Part shown: one piece after another, positions 28,847 through 40,307 of the stretch | Layout: every line of letters begins with the position of its first letter | Numbering within the stretch: the first letter of the stretch is position 1 | Assembly (NCBI GenBank): GCA_012295275.1 | Contig: CM022671.1 | Coordinates: 26,040,001 to 26,104,000, forward strand | Reading direction: 5' to 3' | From: Chrysomallon squamiferum | Lineage: Eukaryota > Animalia > Mollusca | Length of the DNA: 64,000 nucleotides | Notes under the pieces: model-generated | Seen by the model: the letters and a program-made list of their open reading frames with translations, nothing else | The model's database searches: none | What the model was told of the DNA's origin: nothing | Translations under genes and position numbers: made by a program

Positions 28847-29065
28847 TGAGTAGGCAGTTTATTTTTATTAAAATAAAAATAAGTAACTTAACAAAATACG
28901 GCAATTGGTTATTGACGTAAACAGATAACATTGTTTTTATTATTATTATTTTTTGTTGTTATCTGTCCTCCAGCTTTTTAGGTTTGTTGTTTGATTATTA
29001 CTGAACCGATAAATTCTGAACTTCAAAAAAGAAAAAAATCATAGATATGTTTAGTTTCCACTTAC

Positions 29066-29271
29066 GATAAATTAAAAGGCCTGAGTATCAGCAACCATGA
29101 TTTAGCGTTCCAAGCGTCTGTGAAAACATCTCTGATTTAACCTTGATTGCTGAGTTTCGATTTCATGCAAACGATAACTTGATAACCATGTTAAAATAAT
29201 AAAACAAAAATGAGTCTAAGAATGAATGCTAGACTGTTTATTTAATCAAATGTCTGTGAATAATTCCTTTA

Positions 29272-29303
<32 letters not shown>

Positions 29304-29486
29304 AGTATGTACTAACAAAAAATCAACAAAATAAAAGCAGGCTTTGCAACAGCAAATTATTTTAAACCAGCTTTATTTACGAAGTTTCTTTAAATTTTTA
29401 ATAATTTCGGTAAACGTGATCTAATCTAAGGTAAACGTGACTATCAAATTATCATTATCATCATCACATTCTCATCATCATCATCA

Positions 29487-29538
<52 letters not shown>

Positions 29539-29765
29539 TGCATTGTTTATGGGTGGGTTTTTTTTTTATTTTTTTTTTTTTTTTTAATTTTATTTTTACT
29601 GTATGTGTATACTTCTCTGTCTCACAGTAAATCTCTGTGGGTATGTAGATATATGTATTGCCTTTGTACGTATGAACGGGCACGTTTACACTAAATCCAA
29701 GCCGATACAACTAACTATACATGGCGCTCCAGCCAAAAGGAGGAAAATACGTTAATAACTGTAAC
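29066..29765. promoter_or_regulatory. Probable bidirectional promoter region of HDAC6 (-) and SENP8 (+), including a candidate non-coding first exon of HDAC6
   Basis: A minus-strand GTAAGT donor lies at 29065-29060; the HDAC6 ATG exon is preceded by an acceptor (ttag, ~27287); CpGs are locally retained compared with flanking introns; the SENP8 ATG follows at 29721/29766. TSSs are not directly visible. Confidence 0.5.
29473..29538. repeat. Compound (CAT)n(TAT)n trinucleotide microsatellite
   Basis: Directly visible; it explains the spurious poly-H/Y and poly-N/D ORFs at 29437-29710. Confidence 0.95.
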
Positions 29766-32700
29766 ATGGCTGGAGACGATGATCCGATCATTTTGAGTTT
29801 CAATGACAGTTTATTAAGAAAATCTGATATAAGTCTTTTGGAAGGACCGTATTGGCTGAATGATAATATTATTGGCTTCTGTTTTGAGTTAGTGTCATTA
29901 ATGCAATGTAACTGTTGCTTAGGCGAAATAATGTGATTAATATTTCAATCAGACTGATCTGTCAAATAATACTTTTAATATAAAGTACTAGCATAAGTTG
30001 CAGCATTTAGTAAGGCACACGATAGATTGTCAGAACTAGTTCATCAAATGTAAAAAGTGGCCTTGCAAACTTTTAATTCTTTTAAATACTTTGAAAGTTT
30101 AATACAATATACGCGTCATCTGCATTTGTTTCTTTATATAATTTATAGGTATTAACAGTAATTCACAAAAACAGGTACATTTTTATCCAGTGAGTGTTTG
30201 TTTTATGTTGAATGTCCATTTCTATTGATATGTAAATGTAAAGCACTGTTATTGTAGTTGTATGAATGTAGAACAGTAGCAACCTAAACAAAATATATAT
30301 CTGTATCTATACATATAGGTAGGTAGGTGTGTGTTAAAAAGCATGTGTGTGAAATCACTCCTTTGAAATTAGTCTAAGTGTCCATGCTAGTAGATTTTTT
30401 CTCTGTTAAATATAGTGCCTGTAACCTAAAATGTTGATTTCTGCTATTGAACCTAACCAGATTACTTGCAGTAGCCTATTTATTGATTAGCTGTTCATAA
30501 ACTAACCGAAACATTTTGTCACTTGCTATATATTTCAGTCATCTTTTCAGACTCCTTATAATCACAGTTTGTTAGTTGGTATAAAATACATATTATTATT
30601 TTTTCAAATGAAAAACCCAACATAACAAGAGGTTATTATTTTTTTTTAGATACTTTGAAAAGGAAAAATTCAACCATTCTGCTGACAAATTGTGCCTCAT
30701 TAATCCTGCCTTTGCTCAACTTATTAAACTATCAAAAGGTATGAAATGATTATTAATTTGAAATATGCTATTAAAGTAGAATTTATGGGTTACACATGTA
30801 TCTAAAATTTATGTTTACATTTTTCAAAACTTTTATTAATGATGGTAGATCATTAAAAATAATAATATCTTCTAAGTATAAAGAATGTTTTCATACTACT
30901 ACAGGTATTTATTATTATCTTTTAAATTTTTTTCATCTTATATTTCAGTTATAAATAATTGGTTTTCATTTCAATCTTATATTTCTTGCACTGATTATGT
31001 TTTCATTCCTTCAGCAGAAATGTTGTTTTCTTTTTAAGTTGTGAAAGCTCAGTTTTAGTTTCATTCTTGTATATATTCTGCACCTATCAGTATGTCCTTG
31101 TGTTTTTCAGCTGATGAATTAGCAATATTACTGGAGCCTCTTAATTTACTTACAAAGCAGTATGTCTTTCTCCCTGTCAATGATAACCCACAAGATGCTG
31201 TTGGTGGATCACACTGGTTTGTTCTGTTTAAAATAATTATATATAAATTTACATCTATATAAATAATTTTAGCTGTCTCTTAATTTCACTCTATAAGACA
31301 AGTTCTTTCTGAACAATTTTTGCTGTTTTAATTTTGTTATGTATGAGTAATTTTAGCTATCTCATTATTATATTGTGTATAATTATATGGGGTCATTCCG
31401 TGTCAAATCACCCAATGGTTTAAACCCGACCGTCTCAGATTTTTATGAAACTTGGTATACTTGTTGACTGGGATCCCACAGCACCAAATCTGAAATATTA
31501 GCCCAATCAGACCAGTGGTGTGGGAGATACGGCCCATGGAATTTTGAGATTTTTGCCAAAAATGGGCGTGACCACCAACCTTAGAACCCTCATATCTCAG
31601 GAACTACTGGGCCAATCTTCATAAAATTGGTATTGTTAGAAAGGCAAAATGACAAGGATACCAAATCTGCCATTTTTGTTTAGTTTGGAAAATATTGGAG
31701 TACCTTGACCTTTTGACCTTTGCTATGACCTTGAAATTGACCATGTGGATCATGTGATCTTGAGATGACCTTTATTGAAATTTAATCTCCCACATGTTAA
31801 CTAAAACATATAAAAGTTTCCTGGGTGTAATATTTTTTGTTTAGCCACAATATAGATTTAAAAAATGCACATACATGAAAATAACACCTTTTCAGCCATT
31901 AACATCTGATTAACTAAAACATGAATGATCAATTCTGGATGCTAGGAATCACCATCTCTCTTGATCATCGAGTAAGACATTGTAGGCCTACATGTATGCA
32001 TAAAGTTCACATATAAAAGTTTCCTGGGTATAATATTTTTTGTTTAGCCATAATAGAGATTTAAAAAAATGCATACCTGCATGGATGATTGATACAATGC
32101 ATTACAATGTACATTTTCTCTGAGACTAAAAATTCATCTTTGGAGTTAAAACCCACCTGACATGTCTGAAGGAATGCCTGAAGGATATGAAAAGATGCCA
32201 AATGGCATGACATGTTCTACACAATCAGGCTCAAAGGGTTAACAGGAAGTGATGCTTCAGGCAGGTCAGGAACTCCTTTAGATTCCCTGGTGCAATCCCC
32301 ATTGAGCACATGGTAATTTGAAGTTTAAGACAAAGAAGTTTCTTCATCTGCATTTCTTTGACAATCTGAAGCTTTTTAAGTTGGACACAATGTCAGATGT
32401 TGATACATAAACAATATTTTTATTTCATAAAACCTATTAAGTAATTGTATCATGTCATGTGGGCCTTGCCATTGGTTTTGAACAAGGCTTCAGTCAACAA
32501 CAGTACAACCCAGTCTGAAATCAGACATCATCAAGTGATGTACTGCATAATGTATCTTCGGCACAGAGTATGAACAAGGTCTACTTCACCTTAATAAACT
32601 GTGGTTTATACTTGAGAAGATTGACATAAATGCCCAAGACTTGTGGGCCTTTGGCAATAACACATGTACTCTGCTGCCATTTTATGACCTGCTTAACTTT

Positions 32701-35499
32701 ACTGAAAGGGTTTCAGGATTTGATTTAATATTTAGGAAAGCACTGACTTTGTTCTATTGAATTGAAGGTGCAGGCCAATACTGAAAATCCTTATTTCTTC
32801 CAGAGCTAACTGCAGCTTTAACTCTCCTGAAAATGTGTGTTATCAACACCATCATATCAAAAAGGAGTTGTTGCGAAGTGTATGGAAAACTGAGGAAATG
32901 GAACTCCTCACTCTTTGAAGTGGGATCAAAACACGGGACATCAAGAGTATCATGAACAAGAACTTTTCATCAAATTTTCAACATCGCGAGAAAAACTGTT
33001 GTGATCCCCTTAATCGTCACCCTGAGCAAGCACGCACTAGATCTTTAAGAATTGTTAGCATGGGCACTTACAAATGCTTAGTAAATCCTCCAAAGACACT
33101 AGTGCCAGGAGACAAGTTGTGCTGTGACTGTCTGATTACCCTTCAGAAATCAAAGGTCCTGCAGAGGATGGCTTTAGTATGGGTGGTATTACAATGGGAG
33201 AATTTGGTGATAACTTGCCAGACAAACCCGCTGGTTGTTGTTTCCCTAGAAAAGGACTTTGATTTGAATTCTATTCTGTTGAGTTTAGGTTAAACTCCTG
33301 TCAAACTCCATTCACTAGCATTCCAGTAAATGAATGAAAGGACAGAAAAAAACTAGCATCAGCTACAGTAACATTAAAATGACATCTTAATGTCTGAATC
33401 CTACACAGAGCGTGTGCAAATCTTGATTTTGTCACCCTTTACCATTGAAAGGACAATGAATTGAAGGAGGAAATAATCCAATTTTATGAAAGTGATGAGA
33501 ACACTAGAATGTGTCTGGGAATGAAGGATACAGTGAGCATTTGAAACAAACATAGTGAGAAGGTTAAGCATCAGAAACACCTAGTTCTCTCAAATTTATG
33601 TGAACTTTATGCATACATGTAGGCCTACAATGTCTTACTCGATGATCAAGAAAGATGGTGATCCCTAGCATCCAGAGTTGATCATTCAGGTTTTAGTTAA
33701 TCAGATGTTAATGGCTGAAAATGTGTTATTTTCATGTATGTGCATTTTTTAAATCTATATTGTGGCTAAACAAAAAATATTACACCCAGGAAACTTTTAT
33801 ATGTTTTAGTTAACATGTGGGAGATTAAATTTCAATAAAGGTCATCTCAAGATCACGTGATCCACACGGTCAATTTCAAGGTCATAGCAAAGGTCAAAAG
33901 GTCAAGGTACTCCAATATTTTCCAAACTAAACAAAAAATGGCAGATTTGGTATCCTTGTCATTTTGCCTTTCTAACAATACCAATTTTATGAAGATTGGC
34001 CCAGTAGTTCCTGAGATATGAGGGTTCTAAGGTTGGTGGTCACACCCATTTTTGGCAAAAATCTCAAAATTCCGTGGGCCGTATCTCCCACACCACTGGT
34101 CTGATTGGGCTAATATTTCAGATTTGGTGCTGTGGGATCCCAGTCAACAAATATACCAAGTTTTATAAAAATCTGAGACGGTCGGGTTTAAATTTCTTTT
34201 TTTTTGGGGTGATTTGACACGGAATGACCCTATGATTCTTTCTAATTAATTTTAGCTGTTTCATGATTTTAAATGTTAAATTTTCTACAATCCATCATGT
34301 TTTTATAATAATTTGAATAATTTTTTAAAAGTGTCATTAACTGATTTCAAAACAAAAATATAAGGTATAGTGTGTCCTTAATGATGTGTAATTAATTTCA
34401 TTCAACTGTATATAGAAAAGAAAATATTAACAAAACCAAAATGTAGGTTTTTGGAGCAGAAACATTTTTAGATTTAAAAACATTATATTCATTGTTTCTT
34501 TTTGGAGCTAAAATGTTTTCATGTTTTATCATCACCATATGTGTATTCAGTATTTAATTTTGTTAACTGGGTTATTTTTAATCCCAGACTATTTTCCAAA
34601 AATTTCATATATAATTTTTTTTATATTTATTCAGTTCAAGAATCTAACTGTTGTTAATTTTACAAACTGTTCTTTTCAGGAGTCTGTTGGTTTATGTGAG
34701 AAGTAAACAAGAATTTCAACATTATGATTCGTCTGGGAATGCCAATGGCTACATAGCTAAGAAGCTTGCCTATAAGTTACAACCACATGTTCATGGTAAG
34801 TCTTTTGTGACTTTTAGCTTATATTTCTGCTTTTTAAAATCAATTATTATTATTATTATTATTATTATTAAAACAGTGTTTATTTTATATGTCGAGTTTT
34901 CATTAAAATATGTTTTGCATATTTTTAATTTTAATTTTTATTTTCAATAACATTTTAAAAAAAAAAAAAAAAAAATAACAATGATGAATTATTATTTAAC
35001 ATTGATTGCTTCTTGGACTGATAGTTTTCGTTGAAATCATAAGAAATGAACATTAATACATATGAAGAAAAATGAAATATTTATATGAAGAAAAATGTAC
35101 TACTTACTTGTTTGATGTAAGTCAGGTATATATGTATGTAGGTTAAGTTGCAGATGGTCGCTCATATCCCCTCATGTCCATGCATTCATTTCAAACAAAG
35201 CAGAATATATCTAAAAAAAACAAAAACAAGTTAGAGTAAAGAAGTACTGAAATAAAGATGTAGTAAGTTGCAGAATGTTTCTGAGATGTTTTTATAATTT
35301 GCCATATTTTGTTGTTACTGCTAAAACTTTACTTATTTAAAAACAATGTTTTAAGTTATTACTATATTTAATTATAAATATTGATTGCTAGTATTTATTA
35401 TTGCTATTTGAAGAATGGTAAAAATAAAAATATATTTAAAAATAGTAACAACTTGCAATGTTACCTCCATTTGTTTTGTAGATTGTAATTATGACCATG

Positions 35500-35538
<39 letters not shown>

Positions 35539-36301
35539 GTGTAATTATGTTTACGATTTAGCTCCTTTGGGTAAAATGCAGTTTCTTGAAATGGATTGTC
35601 CCCAACAACAAAACAGTAAGTTATTTTTCTCCTGTAATGAATGTGTTTTTTTTTCTTTCAAGATTTCAATCTGGTATACATTATATTTTTGTAAAATTTT
35701 AACCAGTTTCTTCATCTTCTATTTCAGAATAACAAAATGAGAATTAAATTTACTTAGTAATTTATTTACTTTATTGTTGTGAACAAAAAACGCAATTAAA
35801 TCATCAATATAACTGGCACAAATATATATCTAACAAATGCTTCTTGAATATATTGAATAAGGTTTAATTTTTAACAAATGTGTTCTATTTATTGTTAATG
35901 AGAATTCAGAAAATGTTAATATTAATGCCGTAACACCTATCTTATTAAAATTCTTTTGATATATTTTCACTGTGAACTGATATTAACAATGATCATATAT
36001 TATCCACCTCTTATAATACCAATTATTTTATTTTCATTATTTGGTATGATATAACTGGATTGTTAGTACTGTAATCACCAAATATTTATTGTTTAAAATC
36101 TTTCCTATTTATTCTTTGGCAGGTTATGACTGTGGATTGTTTGTTATAGCAATCACTGAATATCTCTGCAAGAATTTCTGCGAGTGCATCAGTGTTCCCC
36201 TCAACGAGGTTGTAAATGCAGGAACCATCTCCAAGAAGAGGCAGGCAATAAAAGAACTCGTTAGTTACGTCGATCATGAACAGCACTTGTCTAAGAGCTA
36301 G
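29766..36301 (+). CDS. SENP8: NEDD8-specific protease SENP8/NEDP1/DEN1 (peptidase C48), 6 exons, 221 aa
   Basis: Exons 29766-29887, 30650-30738, 31111-31216, 34680-34795, 35562-35615, 36123-36301 (666 nt, all GT-AG, in phase). Motifs DPIILSFNDSLLRKSD, WLNDNIIGF, FLPVNDN, GGSHWSLLV (His), HYDS (Asp), CPQQQNSYDCG (oxyanion Gln, catalytic Cys). An in-frame upstream ATG at 29721 would add 15 aa. Confidence 0.95.
31390..32013 (+). repeat. Left terminal inverted repeat of the Sola2-like element
   Basis: Reverse complement of ~33597-34230 with scattered substitutions and one subterminal asymmetric segment. Confidence 0.92.
32952..33613 (+). pseudogene. Truncated, frameshifted transposase N-terminus (Sola2-like)
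   Basis: CCDPLNRH..SLR..KLCCDC Cys/His cluster, then across stops and frameshifts SLG*TPVKL, ERVQILILSP and FYESDENTRMCLGMKDTVSI*..KHQKHLVLSNLCELYA. No catalytic core is present. Confidence 0.7.
33597..34230 (-). repeat. Right terminal inverted repeat of the Sola2-like element
   Basis: Reverse complement of 31390-32013. Confidence 0.92.
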
Positions 36302-39300
36302 CCCATGTATACAAATAGAGTCATTGTATGTTGAACGAAGGTTTCTGTCTTCTGGCTATGGAATACTGAAAACAAAGCCCAGAAGCCATGAGTCATCCAA
36401 CTGAAGACCTGTAGTTTGTTTAGAAATAGAACTTGTAAAGTTTATAGATTTGTTACAGAGGACTTTGAAAAGAAATCGTTATAAACATTTGTTAGAAGTG
36501 AAATTAACATGTTTGTCATATATTTGTTTCTAAAATTACACAGAAACAAAAAGAATGTGTTGTACAGAAAATATAGGTAATTGTGAAACCAAATTTTGTC
36601 GGAATTTTGGTGTAAAATATTTTGCTGATAGTACGTGTTCTTTGTTATATCTTTTACTGAATATGGAAGTGATATAAATAGGTACTGTTTGTTATAGTGT
36701 TCGACCTATGACTTGTCAGATGTTTGTCCTCATAATCTTTTAATAATATCCTGTTATAACATCCTAAGCCATTTCATTCTCTTTTCCTCAAAACATTTTT
36801 TTGTCTTTTTTATTTTTTTAAATTTTTATTTTATATTTTGTGTTACGATGTTTGTTTATTGTTCGGTTTTTTTATTGTTTTTTTTAAATTTATTTATTTA
36901 TTTCTTTTTAACATCTTCATTTTGTGAAAATAAGAATTTAAAGAAAAGATAAGCTTTTCATGGAATTGATGGTTTATAGGCTGGAGCCAAAATAACATAA
37001 AATGTATGTCTAAATTCTTGGTGCATTTTGGCATTATTACTTTTTGTGTCTTGTTGTATTTTTGTCACATGTGCAACAAGATAATGCAAAATAAAACTGC
37101 AACAAAAAATCGTTAATTTCTATTATAATTGTGAGCCTCTTTCCTGTTTTTCTTTTTTTGGTTTTCTTTTTCCCTTACCTATAGGAATTTTATTTATTTT
37201 AATTTAATTTTATTTACTTTTTGTTTTGTTAACTGAGATAATGACAGGGACAAAAAGTGTTATTGATCATGTGGAGGTAAGAAAACAGTTGTTAGCTTGA
37301 AATGTTAAAAAATAACAGCACAATCAATAATTCAAAAATAAAATATATTCTCTAAATAAATATGTAAATAGATTTTAAAAAACTAAATAAATTATTATTA
37401 TTTTCTTTTAAAGCTCTATACATGAATGTATAAAGCTTCAAAAAAGAAATGTATTCAGCAATGAAATAATAATATAATTTTACATTTTTAATGCTATTTT
37501 TTACTATATATTGTTATATCAATTGTTTACCTCTGTGTAATTCTATTATATTTACTTATGCATCTGCAATATATTTCCCTGTTTTATGGAGAAAATTACT
37601 TCATAAATAAAACCGTTTATTATGATTAGAAATGATTAGGTTTCCTGTAATAAAAAGAAATCTTGAAAACAAAATTTCAAGAAATGAGTGGAATTGTTTT
37701 TCATTATATACTTTCCCAAAATCTGCAAAATAATTTTTATTAGACTTTTATGATACTTTCAAACATAAAAAGAAATATATATGTCCGTATATTTACATAT
37801 ATATATACTCACATACACGTGTGTGTGTGTGTGTGTATATATATATAAAAAATTTTTAAAACTAATTTACATAAATCATATCAAATTCTTTTTTCTGATT
37901 GTCACAATTTCATGGCTGGGATGTACAACAGTTAGGTGTCAAATACCATCTAGAACCAATCAGTAGATAGGAAAAATAGAAGAAGAAAAAATCATCTAAT
38001 TCAGTTAATATAATTTGGTGCTACAACTATATTGTAGGTACTCCACATTTGTGGCTGACATACTTATGCACTGAGATTTCAAGTGACCTATTAAGAGAAT
38101 ATTTATATGTAATTTTACAGCAGGTTTATTGAAAAAATACAATCATAATTTTTATACTGAATACAACAATTACCTCAATATGAACAGGCAGCTATTATGT
38201 GCATCATTTGTTGGTTTTCATTTAAAATTATATTTGTCTGATATTACAAAATATGTTTGTGAAAAAAAGAAGAAATGCCATCATTCTTTTATTTGTTCAG
38301 TTGTGCATAAACACTTAGCATTTAAATCGATTGTTACTTTTTATAGATCCATAAAACTGAATAAATCTGCTCCAGATCTCCAATGGTACGAAATTGTTCA
38401 ATTAGGTTAAACACATTTTAAGAGATTATCTATATATTTGTACATAGTTTTAATTTTTTGTTACATGTTAAAACTAACATTTAATAATTGTATATAAAAA
38501 CCACATAATTGTTTTATGAGTGTTGTGACTTAATATCCAGAAACAGGGTTTGTCTCTGAAGGTGTATTTCCATAATAAATATGGTTCATGTGTCACAAAG
38601 ATTTTACTGAATTGCCAATTTCATTGCTTTTTGCTCAAAGATTATTATCATCATTGGAACAAAGTTTATACACACTGTAATCTATCTTCTTTTTATATCA
38701 ATAAATAATCAATCAGAACTGTAATATAGTTTTGGTTTTGTTGTGAAATCTAACAAACAGGTCTAAATTGTGCTGAAATCACAAGATGGCAAAATCTGTT
38801 TCAAAGAACAAACCAATATTTAGTGTTTTACTTTTTATGTATTGTGTAGATATAACATTGGCTGTGAGTGCCTTTGAAACTAAATCATATATTTTATATA
38901 CTAAACTGTTTTAAAGCAGGGTATTTAATGTATTGTGTTTTATAGTGACAAGTGCTGTGTTTGTCTTCCTTGTAAGTCATTTGTTTGCACATAATTAAAC
39001 AACATTAATAAACTGTTACATTAATGCACTAACTTGTTTTTTTATTTATTTATTTTTTTGTTTGTTTATTTATTTATTTGAAAAACATGTAATATTAATA
39101 AATGCAGTTAACAAAGTATTTTAGAAACTTAGAAAATATTTCTGCTCTACACACAAATCCTGTGTTCATCTCATAACTCAACACTTTTAAGGACAACTTC
39201 ATTAACTCATAATGATAGAAAAACAACAATTAAAAAATAAATAAACAAAAATTACTTACGTTCAACAATACCAGCACAGCTCGCTGGTTTTTCTGTTTCT

Positions 39301-40307
39301 TCCATGAATTTTTTTTTTTTATTATTATTGTAATTCTTAAGATTAAGGGAATTACAATACCAGTATTTTTATTTTTAAATAGACTTTTTGGGACCAGAAA
39401 CACGAAACTGCATTTCAGTTACATACATTTTTTTATTATAAATTGAAATATAAATACATTTACAGAATGTACAAAATATAAATAAAAAATCTAGCTAGTA
39501 AAGAAAATCATTTTTACCTCAGTATAACTCAACTGTGTATTTCACTTTTAATTGCATTTAAGACAATGAAAATACACTGGACATTATGATTACACATTTT
39601 AGAGGTACAAACAGAATAATGCATACTAAAAAATATCTTTCAAAATGTTATCACACAACCACTATTGTATGTGTATAAATTTCTTGGCCAGCAAATACTT
39701 TGGAATTAATCTGTATTATTTCACTTAAAAAACAAATATACAGTGTCAAAAATTGTAATTAGGTTTTAAATGTTAAGTTGTCAACTGTCAATTTGTCTTA
39801 GTTTATATATAATATAAAATGAATAAATAAAAAATAAAAATTATTTGAAGAGATAGATTATTGTTTTAAAACCAATGCATTATATTCAATCTTTAAAATG
39901 AAAAACGTAAAATAAAAAATAGTGAATGTTGTTTTTAAATCAGTGAATGTATGTTAATAAAAAAAATCAGTAAAGGATAAAAATATTATTTAAAAAAAAC
40001 ATCAAATCAATAAAAATTTAAATATGTTAGGACAAAATATTTTTCACAAAGGTTTTCTATATTTTTATATGGTTTACAACAAAACATTTTCTACATTTTG
40101 TTTTGTGTTAAAGCACCAAACTGGTTTTAGTAAACACACAGATGTAATAAAAAAAAAAAATGTTGTTCTTGTGCTGTTTAACATGTGCCTACCACTGAAA
40201 TGGTATCATGTCTTTTCCTTCATAAATCTGGAAAACCGGAGCAAGTTCTCAGTGAATAATGTCTTCCAGATATTTATTCTGTATTTGCCAGACAACATGC
40301 AAAACGA

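Larger units (their letters stand above)
31390..34230 (+). mobile_element. Non-autonomous DNA transposon with very long TIRs, Sola2-like, in SENP8 intron 3
   Basis: Starts GGGTCATTCCGTGTCAAATCACCC and ends GGGTGATTTGACACGGAATGACCC; TATG is duplicated at 31386-31389 and 34231-34234; TIRs ~625-635 bp and nearly identical; internal broken transposase. A 4-bp TSD, GRG termini and TIRs of several hundred bp match the Sola2 description. Confidence 0.88.

Noticed and set aside
31390-34230. piggyBac, Sola3, Tc1/mariner or Polinton assignment for the long-TIR element
   Set aside because: The TSD is TATG (not TTAA, TA or 6 bp), the termini are GGG, and the transposase fragments fit Sola2 better.
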